Source of the DNA: Phyllosticta citribraziliensis
Lineage: Eukaryota
DNA: 64,000 nt
Direction: 5' to 3'
Assembly: GCF_038025025.1 (NCBI RefSeq)
Contig: NW_027117343.1
Span: 930,001 to 994,000, forward strand
In this document: one piece after another, positions 33,998 through 47,676 of the stretch
Numbering within the stretch: position 1 is the stretch's first letter
Layout of the letters: each line of letters opens with the position of its first letter
The notes under the pieces: generated by a model
What the model saw: only the letters and a program-made list of their open reading frames with translations
What the model was told of the DNA's origin: nothing
The model's database searches: none
Position numbers and translations under genes: made by a program

Positions 33998-36925
33998 ATG
34001 GCAACCGCTGCTGATACTCTTTCTCTGGGCGAGAAGCGCCCTGCGGTGGTCGACGACTCGACCGCAAACGAACCCAAAGTCGAACACTCCATTTCGATCA
34101 ACGAAGAAGAGGATGACCTGCACTTGCCTGACCCTTTCGTTCCGTTCGACGACTTGCCCGATGAGCCGTCGCGCATCCTCACTGTTCGCGCCGTGGTCTT
34201 GGGATGCATTTGCGGCGCCCTCGTCAACGCCTCGAACGTCTACCTCGGATTGAAGACTGGATGGACTTTTACCGCCAACCTCTTTGGAGCTATCATCGGT
34301 TTCGCTGTCATCAAGTTCTTTAGCAAGACTTTTGCTGAGAACTTCCCAATCCGTTCGTCTCCCATTTGTCGAAACTTGGTATTTCACGACGAGCTGACGT
34401 GAATTTTAGTCGGCGGCAGCTTTGGCGTGCGAGAGAATAACATCGTGCAGACAGCTGCGACAGCTGCCGGCGGACTGAGCAATGTTTTTGTGTCGGCATA
34501 CCCGGCCCTGTACCAGCTTGGTCTGTTGAAGGATCCCAGCAAGGACTATTGGAGCATCACCTCCCTTACCATTGTTGGTGAGTCAAACTATCCGCCAACC
34601 CTTTGCAAAATTCCCTCCAAGTCAATCTTGTAATAATCGGCAACTAACAATGTCTGAAGGTGGCTACTTTGGATTCTTTTTTGCAACCCCGTTGCGCAAG
34701 TTCTTCATCATCAACGTCGCGCGCGAGCTTCGCCTAGTGTTTCCGACAGCCACCGCTACAGCAACGACAATTCGCTCGATGCACCAGGCCGTCTCCGGAG
34801 AGGCCATGGCCAAAATGAAGACCAAGGCTCTCGCCTGGTCCTTTTCTGGAGCTCTGGTGCTGCGTGTAGTGTCTCAGTACGCTACAGGCATCCTTTGGTC
34901 GGTAAACCAACTATCTTGATACTTGGAGGAATGCTGAACATCTGTAGGGACTGGCACATCTTCACTTGGTTCTACCAGTGGGGTGGCTACTCGAACTGGG
35001 CCATCAACATCGAGAACTGGGGCTGGATGATTGAGTTCACGCCAGCTTTCATCGGCACGGGTTTCCTTGTACGAATTTCCCCTTGCCGAGTTGATAAAAG
35101 AAGAGTCAGGGCTAACTGTGACAGGTTGGCCTCAATGTTTCCATTTCCTTTTACGCCGGGAGCATCCTTGCGTACGTCCTTCTCGATCTCTTGAATAACG
35201 CACGCTGACCAAACCCAGTTGGGGGCTCATCGGACCGCTTCTCGTGAAATATGGCGTCGCTTTCGGAGTCCAGGCATCTGAAGATCCAAAATGGAGCGAA
35301 TATGTCTCGTTCGCGTCTTTGTCCTTGAGCGCGTCCAACAAAGACACCCCGAGTCCCAGATATTGGATGCTTTGGCCTGGAATCCTTTGCATGATTGCAG
35401 TATCATTCACTGGTAAGCTCCCTGGAGAGACCGCTGAGCAACGGGACTGACGAGACAAACAGAACTCGTTCTCCAATGGCGTGTGTTCGTCTTTGGATTC
35501 CGCGCCCTCTATCGTGCCTGCTGCAAGGGAATTGCCGCAGCGGGCCGCGCCCGTGGTAAGAAAATCAGCTGGGCTGAGCAAAGCTCTGATCAGGAACTGG
35601 AAGATGTTGTCGTAGACCCGGCTGCTCTGCACGAACGAGTGCCCGTCTGGATGTGGGGTCCGGGTCTGATTGCCGCAATCATCGCAACTTGCGTCGTCAT
35701 GGGAGTCGAGTTCGATATGCCCGTGGGGATGTCGCTGCTCTCTGTCTTCCTTGCCTTCTTGTTCTCCTTCCTGGCGATTCAGTGCACGGGAGTTACAGGT
35801 AAGCCTCTTCAGATTTATGAAAGAAGTCGGGGTACACAGAAGCATGAAGGATGGAAAAATGGTCAAGGGGTGAAGGATAATAATCTCAACTATGCCGTCC
35901 AGCCTCTGAAAAAGAGGAAACGGTTCTGTGTGCCACGACTTTCTACTTCGACGCCGGCGGACCTTGCTATCTCTGGATCTGATTAATTGACTGAATTACG
36001 AACAGATACGACTCCCCTCACTGCGGCATCGAAGGCTTCTCAAATCGTTCTCGGAGGTGCTACCAAAGGCGAACACTGGGGCGTTGCCCACGCGCAAAGA
36101 CTCAACTTGCTTGGAGGTGCCCTGGCTAACATGGGAGCTGTATGTCTCAAGAAACGTCTCTTGACAGCGCGTCACAGGCTGACATTGCGAACAGAACCAA
36201 TCTACCGATCTCACGGCAGATTTCCGCGTCGGCTTCCTTCTCCGCACCCCACCAAACCAGCAGTGGGCGGCTCAGGCCATTGGAACCATTGTCGCCGTTT
36301 TCCTAGCCCCGGGAATGTTCGTTCTCTTCGCCACGGCCTACCCCTGTATTTTGGATGCCGGGGCGGAGACCTGCTCGTTCGCTGCGCCATCGGTTTCGGC
36401 ATGGCGCGCCGTTGCCATTGCTGTGACAGATCCTGCCTTTCCCATTCCGCCGTCGTCTGGATACTTTGCCATCGCCTTTTCGATCCTTGGTGTTGCCGTG
36501 GTGTTGATCAGAGCCTTTGTTCTGGTTGGCAAGAGGGAGTGGATGCGAACGTGAGTAATCAGCTGCACTCACTCTTCAGACCAAATTACTGATCGATTTC
36601 AGCTACTGCCCGAACATGATGTGTGTTAGTCTGGCTTTCGTGCTGAACCAAAGTAAGTGGACCCCAATCAAGACAAGATAAAGAGGCAAGATATTGACAT
36701 GGTTGCGCAGCGGTCTACGGTCTTGCCATGCTCATGGGATCACTGGCAGCATACACTTGGGAGAAGAAAAACCCCAAGTCATTTGACATATACGGCTACG
36801 CGGTTGCTGCCGGATTGATTGCGGGAGAGGGGATTGGCGGCGTGGTGAATGCGATTTTCCAGATTGCGGGCATCTCGGGAGATGTGTATGGAAGCATGGT
36901 CGGCTGCCCGGCTGATGCGTGCTAA
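33998..36925 (+). CDS. OPT-superfamily oligopeptide / YSL-like transporter (~10 introns)
   Basis: [88 protein letters not shown]; multiple TM segments. Confidence 0.93.
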
Positions 36926-37539
36926 GACGTCTGGGCTGGTACGGGATGGTACGAGTACGAATGACGTCTACTGTAATTCAGTTTTGTACATTGGATGGCG
37001 GCTGCAAAAAGGGGGTAATGGGCAGCCAATGAGAAATGAAGTGCATTTTTAAATGGAATGGTGGTAATGATGACAGCTAGCGCCCGTTTAAATAAGCTTG
37101 GTCCATGTTGATGCCACTTCGGGCAAGTCTGCTGGGATGGCTGGCGACGTTGGAAGAGAGGGTATCACGTAGATTGACGAGGCAGATAGAGTGTCGGCAG
37201 TCGAGTCTATCGTTCGGCAGACGGCGGGCACGAGGCGGATGGTTGGTCGGTGATCCGATGCGGGTGCGAACGAGCCGTTCAGCTTCACCTCGACATCGCT
37301 CGACATCGGTGGCGCAAGTCGAGGCAATCAACTGCAGCCACTACCGCCGCCTTTTCCCTCGTCCGGTTCCATCTTCTGCGCCAAAGAAGAACCCTGGATT
37401 CCGTCACCTCCAGTCCTGCCTTCTCGCTCCTCTCGCTGTCCACGCCGTTCCCCTCCTCCGCCTCCACCGACTTGTCTCACTCCCGCCCACCGTCGCCAGC
37501 TTCGATGCTCTGCGCCCCGGCGCAATCGAGTCCTGCATC

Positions 37540-39259
37540 ATGGACGCCCTGACCGACTTTGAAGCGCTTCCCATCTTTCACCAGATTCTCTTCGAAAAGG
37601 AGGCATTAAAGCTCAAGGAAGGCCAGTCCGAGGACGCGCTGGATCTCGCCTTGCGCAACGCTGCCCTTGCTGCTGGCGTTGAAACACGCGACCTCGAGAT
37701 GCCAGTCAGTTTCCCAGCCTTGCAAATCGACTCTTGCTGACCCTCTGTCTCTCCGCCAGGACTCGATGCCCTACATACATGTAGCATGCACCCATTCTCC
37801 AATCCGCCGCTCCTCCGTCTCGGCCAACACGCAGACCTCGTGCTCAACGGACATCACTACCCCGGAATCTGTCGGTTCCACAGACGACCCTGATCGCACC
37901 GCACTACCGCCAGTTTTGCCTGGAAGACCCTCGTTATCCACGCTCCCGCCCTTGATCTCATACACTCGCCACTCTTCTACCTCGGCATCGATACGCAATC
38001 TCAAGTCCAAGTTTTTGCGTCACACCCACAGCTTCTCAAGAAAAAGATATAGGTGAGTTTGCTGTTTCCGCATCGCAAGCATGTGGCGTGGCTACAGCAA
38101 CTAAGCATTTCTCTACTATAGCCAGGATGACGGCTCCCTCCACTCCTCGAACCATTCGACCGTGCACCGATTTGGCCAGGTGCAAGGTCGTCTCACATAC
38201 AAGACCTCATCCGACAAGGGATCGCGCCATTCAATCGCAGAGTTTGATGCGCGTGCCCTCGCGCTAGCTGCGCAATCACGACCATCATCCAGCGCGGGTT
38301 CCTCCGCTTCCCACAATCAGGCCTCTTCCAATGGTACTTCCGCGACTACCACGGAAGGCCAACGAGCCGCTCTCAAGCTAGCAATGGACAACGACACGTT
38401 CCGCGAAATGTGGTACGAGTGCACCAAGTCGTACGAGCGAATTGCTGTTTTTGAAGTGAAACAGAGAAGATTGCTGCATTTTTACGAGAAGTTTTCTAGA
38501 AAAACGCTCAACCGCCAATGGGAAGGGATTAAGGATCACACAAGGGTGCAGGTACTACCGAAAAGGAGTCCCATGTGTGTCACTGATGGCTTGCTGACTA
38601 AGTAGCAGCAATCACAGGAAATCGAAATGCTCGAGGACAAGCAGCTAAAGGCGGACGTCTCGACGTTGGAAAATCAACACCAAGAGCGCGTACATTCTGC
38701 GGTCGCTCTCAGACACATGAAGGCATATTGCAATGCCGCAACCATCCCTGGCGGCCCCAAAAAGCGCATCGTCACCGACGAAGACCGACAACGGCTCAAA
38801 GACGCTGAAAGAACCCACGATTCATTGGACCGCAAGCACGAGACTGCTAGGATGCTGTCCAGAGCTAAGCAAGAAAAAGAATTGCGAGAATTGAAGCAGG
38901 TCCACCAGCAGCAATGGCGCGAGCTGGATGGACAGGCCCAAAAGGCTCGAGCTGCCTTGAACCAGGTCTCTCAAAAACTATCTACCCAACTCGACGATGT
39001 CATCCGTCAGAGGCGGCTCCGCGCCGTGTCGCGCTGGTACATCAGCCTCAAATTGTGGGACAGGACCACAACTGAGAATGACGACATACCGCCCCCAGAG
39101 GACATTCCAGGTGTTCCATGGCCAGAGCTCTCCACTGCCGAGACCCTCGCCGCAAGATCGTCGTCCATCCTGGACACATACATCACATTCAACACTCTTC
39201 CTCCCGCTGTTTCCCTTCTTCCACCGGCCACGAAACCCGAGGCTGAACCCTCTGCTTGA
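37540..39259 (+). CDS. Hypothetical protein with Ser-rich middle and C-terminal coiled coil
   Basis: catcATG at 37540; ORF pieces joined by canonical introns (~37704-37759, ~38053-38121/38125, ~38552-38605/38608); ALRHMKAYC motif and heptad-rich last exon. No family recognised. Confidence 0.7.
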
Positions 39260-40171
39260 TACCCCCCCCCCCTACTAAAACCCCTTGGATCGCATAGCCT
39301 CGGAGTTTTTTGCTCATCTTTTCCTTCTAATTTGGGATAGCCTGTGGTTCTCGTCGTTGATACCCTTCCTCGCTGGCTTCCATTTTCTCTCTGTACTCTG
39401 CATTTTTCCTTTTCGGGTGGTGGGCGAGGCAATTTGCTATGAATTCTATGTCTCGGTAGCATTTGTTTTGGGGATTGCGCCTTTTGCTTCTGGTTTGGAC
39501 CTGCGCAAGGAAGATGAGCTTGGGTGGTGTTTAAGTTGTCCTGTGACGATGGGGGTTGTCACGTTGTCACCCTCGCTCTCCAAGCTGTGAATTTGGATGA
39601 GATGTAGTAATTGCTTAGGAGAGGATCATATCAGCGAGAGAGACTGAGCCTGCGGCACCGACATAGCTCTGCGTATGGAAAGTAGAGCGATTCCGCCCAA
39701 CAACGATGCCATTGCCTTTCAAAGTCGCTGGATGTGTGTGATATGAGCAGAACAAACAGACAGGACGGACTAACATAGACACTAGCGGAGTACGGTAGTT
39801 ATGCTTGTCGACAAGAAGTTGGATGTGCAGCGATCTACAAAGCTTGGCCAACGGCCGGTTAAGCAACGCGATCCAGGGCAGCGGCGCGGAGGATGACAGG
39901 GCTGGGCTGGGAATGCCCCGTACAGCCTTAAAGTGGATCTGTGTAGCAAAACAAGGGTGTGGCCTGTGTGGCGCGCCCGGTGGCTTAAGCATGTTCTCAG
40001 GGCACGGCACCTCATCTCATCTTTTTTATCTCTCGACGGGACCTGACACTTGACAGACCACCACAAGGACATCCTTGGCGACCATCCTAACCCAACGACC
40101 TGTCACTCCCGACCCTTTTGCTCCTGGACGTAACGAAGACTTGCTACGCCAATCGGCCGCTGTCATCCGCC

Positions 40172-40948
40172 ATGCTCCGCGAATCCAACCCCGACATGTC
40201 GCCCACGACGGCCTTCCGCTCGCTTTCCATGTCGCCGCCGCCCGACAACACCAACAGCGTCCTCGACGACATCTTCGGCGAGCCGTCGCCGCCGCAGCAA
40301 GCGCCGACGCTCAGCCAGCTAGACGACGTGTTTGGCTGCTCGCCGCCCGACGCGACAGCGGCGGCGTCGGTCCTGTCGATCGAGCCCTCCAACAATGACC
40401 ACGAGGTCTCGGATATCCCGCGCCTGCGCAGCATCCACGTCACGGCGGGGTATCGCGACGGCATTGCGGTTAGCAAGGCGGCGCATGTGCAGGATGGTTT
40501 CGATGAGGGGTACCCGCTCGGCGCGGTGTTGGGGCTGCAGGCGGGTCGCGCGGTCGGCGTGCTCGAGGGCGTGGTGGCGGCGTTGAGGTGTGCGAGAGTG
40601 GCGGCGGGCAAACACCAGGCGTCATTGGCAGAGAAAGAGGACGAGGACGAGGAGGAGAGGCTGTACGCGACAACGAAGCACCTGCTACAGCAAGCGCGCG
40701 AAGAGCTGGACGTCGCGGCGCTGTTTAGCCCGCAGTACTTCGACGGAGAAGGCATCTGGCGGTTCCACGTCGACGGGCACGAGGAGGACATCACGTTCGA
40801 GGTCGTGGCGGCGCAGCATCCGCTGATTGTCAAGTGGACGGCGGCCGTGGAGCAGCTGGCGCGCGATCTGGATCTCGATTTGGATCGTTTGGATCGCAGG
40901 GCCAGAGAAGACCACAGCGCTGGAGATCAGGCTGCGCTTTTGAGATGA
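40172..40948 (+). CDS. YAE1: Yae1 family protein (Yae1 N-terminal domain; Fe-S maturation adaptor for Rli1)
   Basis: SDIPRLRSIHVTAGYRDGIAVSKAAHVQDGFDEGYPLGAVLGLQAG (GX3 repeat motif); LDDVFG motif; HPLIVKW. Confidence 0.85.
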   Translation: MLRESNPDMSPTTAFRSLSMSPPPDNTNSVLDDIFGEPSPPQQAPTLSQLDDVFGCSPPDATAAASVLSIEPSNNDHEVSDIPRLRSIHVTAGYRDGIAVSKAAHVQDGFDEGYPLGAVLGLQAGRAVGVLEGVVAALRCARVAAGKHQASLAEKEDEDEEERLYATTKHLLQQAREELDVAALFSPQYFDGEGIWRFHVDGHEEDITFEVVAAQHPLIVKWTAAVEQLARDLDLDLDRLDRRAREDHSAGDQAALLR

Positions 40949-41679
40949 GGTTGTGAGGGCATCTTATGCCGTTGCTGTGATGGCGACGGCGGGATTTTCG
41001 TTATGCCAGTGGTGTCTTTGCGGCCTCGCGACATTCAAGGGCTGGCTGGCCTTTGTGGATGCCCTACAGCGCGCGCGCTCTCACCCCTTGACGATGGCAG
41101 GAGCTGCTCGCCGCATGGCCGCCGCAATAGCCTGCAAGACGCCGAAGGGCGCTCGAAGCGCCTGGGAGAGCTACTGCCCCGTCTTGGCCTTTGAAAAGGA
41201 CGCTCTACTCAAGTCTGTCGAGGATCAAAGCACAACCGTATGTATCCTGAGGAGGCACATTTCCAGCCCCGACCAAAGGTCAACCGGCCACTCGCAGGCC
41301 TTTGACACTCTTTGCTGAGGCTTGAAGTTGTGCGGCAAGAAGATTGGCACGAGACGGCGGTCGAGCCAATGCAGAAGACGTACATAGAGACATGGAGCCA
41401 GAATGGAACATAGCATGGGATACTGCACATCAACGTGTTTGAGCACAGAGGAAGAACTGCTTGAAAACTGTTTGTACTCGAAGCTCTTGCTACAGTTGTA
41501 CAATGGCGTTTCAAACAAGACATTTTAGGCCGAAGCCACTCCCGCTCCATTGACGGCAAATTTGCAGCTGAGTGTTGGAACCCTCCCATTTTGATAGCGC
41601 ACGTGTACTGGACGCCAATAAGATCAGAAAATTCGTTACTAGAAGATAAGTTTGTTGTAATTGGCCAGTTCTGGAGTTC

Positions 41680-42434
41680 TTATATTCCATTTGGAAGGGC
41701 ACCGTTGCCGGTGGTGTGCGAGCCCGTAATTACCCAATCCGTGACCCTCCCCTTGTAGTCCGATATCCTCACATCCTTGACGCAGACGCTAATCACTCTC
41801 ACTTCGTCGCCCTCGACCCACCGACCACGACCGCCATCACCGCTCTCGGCAGGGCTCGTACCAAAGACGTCTTGCGACTCGTCCACCTCGGAGCCGAACG
41901 TGTTGTTCTCAAGGTGGCGGGCCTTGAGCCACTTTTCCTCGTCGCTTCCGTGGGCGACAAAGTGGGCGGTGCCGTTGATGGTGGCCGAGATGCGGGACAG
42001 AGCGGCCGTGTTCATGCCCAGCAGCAGCGTGGCCAGGGAGCTTCGCGAGGCGGCGGGCGGCGGGCTGGAGGCGCGGCCCGAGGTCAAGGTGGGCGGGCGC
42101 GTCGAGACCCAGTCGTGGACGAGCAGGGACACGCGCGGGTTCTGGCACAGGTTCGTCGTCTTTTGCGTGCCCGGGGGCGTGGTCATGATGATTTGCGGCG
42201 ATTCCGAGTAGGGCGACGACGGCAGGTAGGTGTAGTTCATGAGGGAAATGTGAGGCATGGCGTCGGTCGACGAAGTGGCGAGGTGCAGCTGTGAGCGGTT
42301 AGAGGCGCCGTGGGACCATGTGGTGAGGTTGAACGTACGAAGCGTGCATTTTGCAGACACTGGATGACTTCTTCGGGCAGCGTGCACGAGGATTGCGGGG
42401 CATTGGAGGAGGGTTGGGCAGCTTCTTCAGACAT
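41680..42434 (-). CDS. Pyridoxamine 5'-phosphate oxidase-like FMN-binding split-barrel protein (YGR017W-like)
   Basis: LPEEVIQCLQNARF / intron ~42337-42288 / LHLAT...PHISLMNYTY, KTTNLCQNPRVSLLVHDW, SATING, VRISDYKG. Confidence 0.85.
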
Positions 42435-42801
42435 GACGGCGGTGGGCGGCGGATGAGGAGGTGGAGGAGGAAGAGTCGGCCAAGGCGCCGTCGAGATAGC
42501 AAGAGTGTTGATTGTATTTTAGTTTGTTAGGATGGACGGGACGGATGATGGTGACGTCGGCAGAGCGGTACCCACCCGATGGATGGCGCGGCGATCGGAA
42601 GCGGACTGCAGTCCAGTGGTGAATCGGCGGGCGGAGCGGAATCCCCAGACGCCCAGGGCTGCGAGCCTGCTCTCCTCCGCCGCGCGTATTCAGCCACCCC
42701 GTCCGCAGCACCAGCACCCGCCACCCGCGGAGAGACGGGAGACCAGCACCAGCAAGGCGAAGCTGCGTAACGTATGCATGTCGACTCATGACCCAAGTTG
42801 C

Positions 42802-42822
42802 GACACGACACGACACGACACG
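42802..42822. repeat. (GACAC)n microsatellite in divergent promoter
   Basis: gacacgacacgacacgacacg, about 4 units. Confidence 0.8.
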
Positions 42823-42915
42823 CGCCAGCTCTTCTCGCCGTGATATCCCCCACAACCACCGCTTCTTCTCTCCGCCTGCACTTCGCTCCATCGCCTGTTC
42901 CGCTCCACCGCCGCC

Positions 42916-45149
42916 ATGGACCCGTTGCACGATTCCTCGTCGTCACCGACGGACCTCCTGAACCCTGATGGCCTTGGCTCCTCGAATGGCGCTGCGGACC
43001 CTGCTCATGCTCCCCCTGCGCCTGCAGTGGACCCGGCCGTCCAAAGGGTCGTCGACGAGGTCGTTCAATCTGACGTTCGTGCCATCGCCGCCATACAAAC
43101 ACCTCCAGACTACGCCAGCTAAACCCTTTGAATAGATTGGCGTCACCACCTTGCTCACTCGCCTCAAGCAGAGCATCGCCTCGGCCAAAGTACGCGTCAT
43201 TCCATCCCTGTGCCACAATGCGCAGCTAACCCGCCCAGGACTTCTCCACCTTCTTGAGTAAGCGCTCCAAGCTCGAGGAAGACCACGCCCAGGGCCTCAA
43301 GAAGCTATGTCGCGCGACCAACGAGTCCATCCGCCGCCACGACTCGCGCCAAGGGTCCTACCTGCACCAGTTCGAAGAGGGCACGAGGCTCCACGAGCGC
43401 ATGGGCGACAATGGCATGCAGTTTGCGCTTTCGCTTCATCAGATGCACGAGGATCTGAATGAGCTCACCAACAACGTCGAAAAGGGCCGCAAGCAATGGA
43501 AGGCTACAGGGCTGGCCAGCGAGAAGAAGGTCTCGGACGCCATCCAGCAGATGGAAAAGGCAAAGGCAAAGTACGACTCGTTGGCTGAAGACTATGACCG
43601 CGTCAAGACTGGCGACAAGAGCGCTGGCAGGGTTTTCGGAATCAAGGGACCCAAGAGTGCCGCGCAGCACGAAGAGGATCTCCACAGGAAGCTCCAGACA
43701 GCCGACCAAGACTACAAGAGCAAGGTCGAAACGGCGCAAATGCTCCGGACTGAGCTGGTTGAGAGGCTGCGGCCCCAAGCCGTCAGCGCCACCATGGAAC
43801 TCATCAAGGAGTGCGATTCGGCCTTGATCCTGCAGATGCAAAAGTTTGGTGTGTAGCACAATGCGCCGTCTCTCTTTGTCTGAATCGCTGCTGACAACGA
43901 ACAGCAACCTTCAATGAGAAGCTTCTCCTCAGCAATGGCATTCTCGTCGCCCCCACAAACAACCCAGGAGAGCCAGAGGCTGCAAGCTTGAGGGAAATAT
44001 TTTACAAGGTCGACAACGAAAAGGACCTCACCAGCTTCATCACCGGTCATGCGAGCAAGGTCCCAAGACCGCCTGAAATCAAATACCAGCAACACCACAC
44101 CCTGGCACCGCCACAGCCGCCGCCTTCTGCGGCTCCGCCAGTACAGAGCCCGCAGTTCCAGCCCAGTCCCCCGCAGCCACCTCTGGTCCTGACAAACCCA
44201 ACGCCGCCGTCTCAACAACCACCGTTCCTGCCCTATGACATTCCTCAGCAAACGTCGCCCATTCTCTCAAGCCATGGAGATAGCTTCAAGCAGAACCCAT
44301 ACTCGTCGCCTGTGGATTCGCGTCCGCCGTACCCCACAAACGACATTCCAGCACAGGGCTCCTACCCGCCGCCCGCTGGTGGTTACGGTGGGCCGGTGAT
44401 GCAAACGAGCCCTCCATACGGCAATGCGCCTCCGTTGAAGCCAGTGTTTGGCGTCAGCCTGGATGAACTCTTCAGGAGGGACGGATCGCCGGTTCCCATG
44501 GTTGTTTACCAGTGTATTCAAGCTGTGGAGCTGTTTGGTTTGGATGCGGAAGGAATATACAGGGTTCCTGGGACGTCCACGCACATTCAGGATATGAAGG
44601 CCATGTTCGACCACGGTAAGCTTGTTTGTTCATGAAGGTGTTGTCAGACCAGCATTCTGACACTTGGCAGATTCCGCCGCTGTCGACTTCCGCAACCCCG
44701 AGGCATTCTTCCACGATGTAAACAGTGTTGCCGGCCTCTTGAAGCAATTCTTCCGGGAACTCCCCGACCCACTCTTGACGCATGAGCACTATCAGGAATT
44801 CATCGAGGCAGCCAAGATTGAGGATGATACGGTGCGGAGGGACAGCCTGCACGCAATCATCAATGCGCTGCCTGACCCCAACTATGCGACGTTGAGGGCC
44901 ATTGTCTTGCACCTGAACCGCGTGCAAGAACGGAGTACCAGCAACCGAATGAGCTCGTCAAACCTTGCCATTTGCTTCGCGTAAGTTGACAAATATCCCA
45001 AAACATGGTGCGTCCACGGCGTGTCTCTAACATTCCTCAGGCCCACCTTGATGGGACAACACCAAGGACAGATGGTAGATGCTGGTCTCCAAGCAAAGGT
45101 GGTGGACACAATCATCGTCAACACTTTCCAGATTTTTGACGAGGAGTGA
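42916..45149 (+). CDS. F-BAR/FCH plus RhoGAP protein (Rgd1/Rga7-like)
   Basis: SDIGVTTLLTRLKQSIASAK F-BAR start; PVFGVSL, GLDAEGIYRVPG (arginine finger), AGLLKQFFRELPDPLL, NRMSSSNLAICF. Five introns (~43075-43135, 43190-43238, 43849-43904, 44616-44670, 44981-45040). Confidence 0.94.
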
Positions 45150-45658
45150 ACCATGTTGGATTAATTTTGACCTTTTTTGTTTGCATAGTTGGAAGTTCGG
45201 AGAAAGCGCTTGATACCAAATAGTAACGACAGGAGCCGTTTCTGAGATTACATGTGTGCTTGTAACTCCAATGGCACTCATGGCAATGTGCAGGAAAGGA
45301 GGGACAACTATGAGTGGTGATGGATGCTTTCAGCCCGTCCGGACGTGCCCGCTTACACGACAAACACGGCTCGGGCCTTAAGCGTCGGGGCTTATCGGTG
45401 CCACGATGCCGACCTCCGTTTAACCCCGGGCCGGGGCTCTGATGACGCTGCGTCATTGACTGCCCGTGGGTGGTACGGTAGCCTTCCTTCAGCCGCCTGT
45501 ACCTTCACCAGAACCACCTACAGAATGTAAAGTCAGCAGCCCCCAAAGTTCCTTCACTAGAACTTCGACCTCCAGGCACCGACCTCCACCCTTCTCCTTC
45601 CCAAATCCATCTTCCTCTACTGCTTGGCCTTGTGCGCTCGTCGTGCAGGCTTGCCAGA

Positions 45659-47676
45659 ATGTACAATGGCTTGCCTCGCCGTCTACGAGCCTTTCAACAT
45701 TCGTCGCAGTTGAGACTGGCAATCTCCCCTCGCAGCAGCATCCGATCGCAATCAAATCTCGCCCACGCGCCCAAGAGCCCTTCGCATCTCTCCAAAGCAG
45801 CACCCGCGAAGCCCAAAGCGAAGCCCAAGCGGAAATGGGTGCGCCGCCTTGCTTGGACGACCGCCATCGTCGGCGGCGGCTACGTCTTCGACACTCAGTT
45901 CAACAATGCGTCCTTGACTCGTAGCTTTCGCACTTTCAAGACCGGTGTCGTCATTGGCTTGGACTACAAGATCAACTTTCGCGCCAACCCGCCGTTCGCC
46001 AGGAGCCTCACCGAGGTGCACAACCGCAATGCCGAGAGAATATTCAATCTTCTGCGGGAGAATGGAGGTCTATATCTGAAGATTGGGCAGGCGATCGCCA
46101 TGCAGAGTGCAGTTCTGCCGCCAGAATTTCAGAAAATGTTCTCGAGGATGTTTGATGATGCGCCCCAGAACGACTGGGCGGATGTGCAAAGAGTCGTCCA
46201 AGAGGACTTTGGCAAAAGTGTCGAGGAAGCTTTTGGCGTCTCATTCCAGGGTGAGGAGGGGAAAGGCGTCATGGAGAGGACTGCGAGAGCGTCCGCCAGC
46301 GTGGCGCAGGTCCATTGGGCGAGATTACCGGATGGGAGAGAGGTCGCGGTCAAGATACAAAAGAGAGAAATCAAAGCACAGGTAGGGTGGGATCTGTGGG
46401 CCTTCAAGTAAGTTTGGCACAAAATGTCCGGAACGAACCCGATGACTAACGGTTGGGCAGAGTGGTCGCAAGAGTGTACACTTGGTTGTTTGATATCCCC
46501 ATGTACAGCATGGTTCCATATGTATCAGAGCGGCTCATGCTCGAAACCGATTTTGAAAACGAGGCGAACAACGCGGAGACCATGAGGGAGCTTGTGGCGA
46601 ACGAGCCCCGGCTGCGGGGTCGCGTCTACGTACCAAAGGTATATCGGGAGCTTTCAAGCAAGAGAGTCATGACTGCAGAATGGATCGAAGGAACCCGCCT
46701 CTGGGACAAGAAAGGAATCACAAGCCCCTGGAAAGGACCCAAGAGTGAGGGAAGTCCTGGTTGCAACGGAAAACCACTACCTCCACCCTCTCGAGAAACC
46801 CTTTCGTCCGTGGCTTCCAACGATCCCCATAAAGAGCAACTGAAACCTGACCGGTCCTACTGGAGGGGTGAGGACGGTACCGGTGGGCTAGGCCTTTCCT
46901 TGAAGGACGTAATGTCAACAATGATCGACTTGTTCTCTGCCCAGATGTTCCTATGGGGTGTGGTCCACTGCGACCCTCATCCAGGAAACATTTTCCTTCG
47001 TCGACTTCCCCACGGTAAATCTGAATTGGTTCTCATTGATCACGGCCTGTATATCCAAATGAGCCCCGAGTTTCGTCACCAATACGCCCTCTTCTGGAAA
47101 TCCCTGATTGCCTTTGACAACAAGACAATCTCCGACATTGTCCGCAGCTGGGGCGTCAACAGTCCGGATCTCTTCGCCAGCGCGACCCTCATGCGCCCCT
47201 ACACGGGAGGCGACAAGTCGACGTCGGAAGAACTCCGCAAGGGCGTCAAGGGCAAAACCGAGGGCGAGCGCGCCTACGAAATGCAAATGAAGATGCGCGC
47301 CGGCATCAAGCAGATCCTGTCCGACGAGACAAAGTGGCCCAAGGAGCTCATCTTCATCGGGCGCAACCTGCGCATCGTCCAGGGCAACAACCAGTTCCTC
47401 GGCTCCCCCGTCAACCGCATCAAGATCACCGGCGTCTGGGCGAGCCGCGCGTTGGCCGAGAGCAGAGACTTGCCCCTGTTCGAGCGCTTTTCCAATTGGA
47501 TCAAGCACCTCCGGTTCAGGGCCTTCCTGCTGGGAAGCGATGCTGTGTGGTGGTACGCGTGGGTGAGGCAAAAGCTGGGCTTTGGCGGCGGCATGGAGGC
47601 GGAGATTGAGGCGCAGATGAAGCTCATGGCAAAGGACATGGGGATTGAATTGAACCACGGCGTCTTCGAGGGCTGA
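45659..47676 (+). CDS. ABC1/UbiB atypical kinase (ADCK1/Mcp2-like), mitochondrial
   Basis: NGGLYLKIGQ, ASASVAQVH, VAVKIQ, ETDFENEA, VHCDPHPGNI, LIDHGLY; intron 46408-46460; N-terminal presequence. Confidence 0.95.

Noticed and set aside
35799..36005. TPP riboswitch, hammerhead ribozyme or canonical C/D snoRNA as the identity of the structured intron
   Set aside because: Lacks the TPP CUGAGA core, the hammerhead CUGANGA, and a canonical RUGAUGA C box (only a terminal CUGA is present); kept as an unassigned structure.
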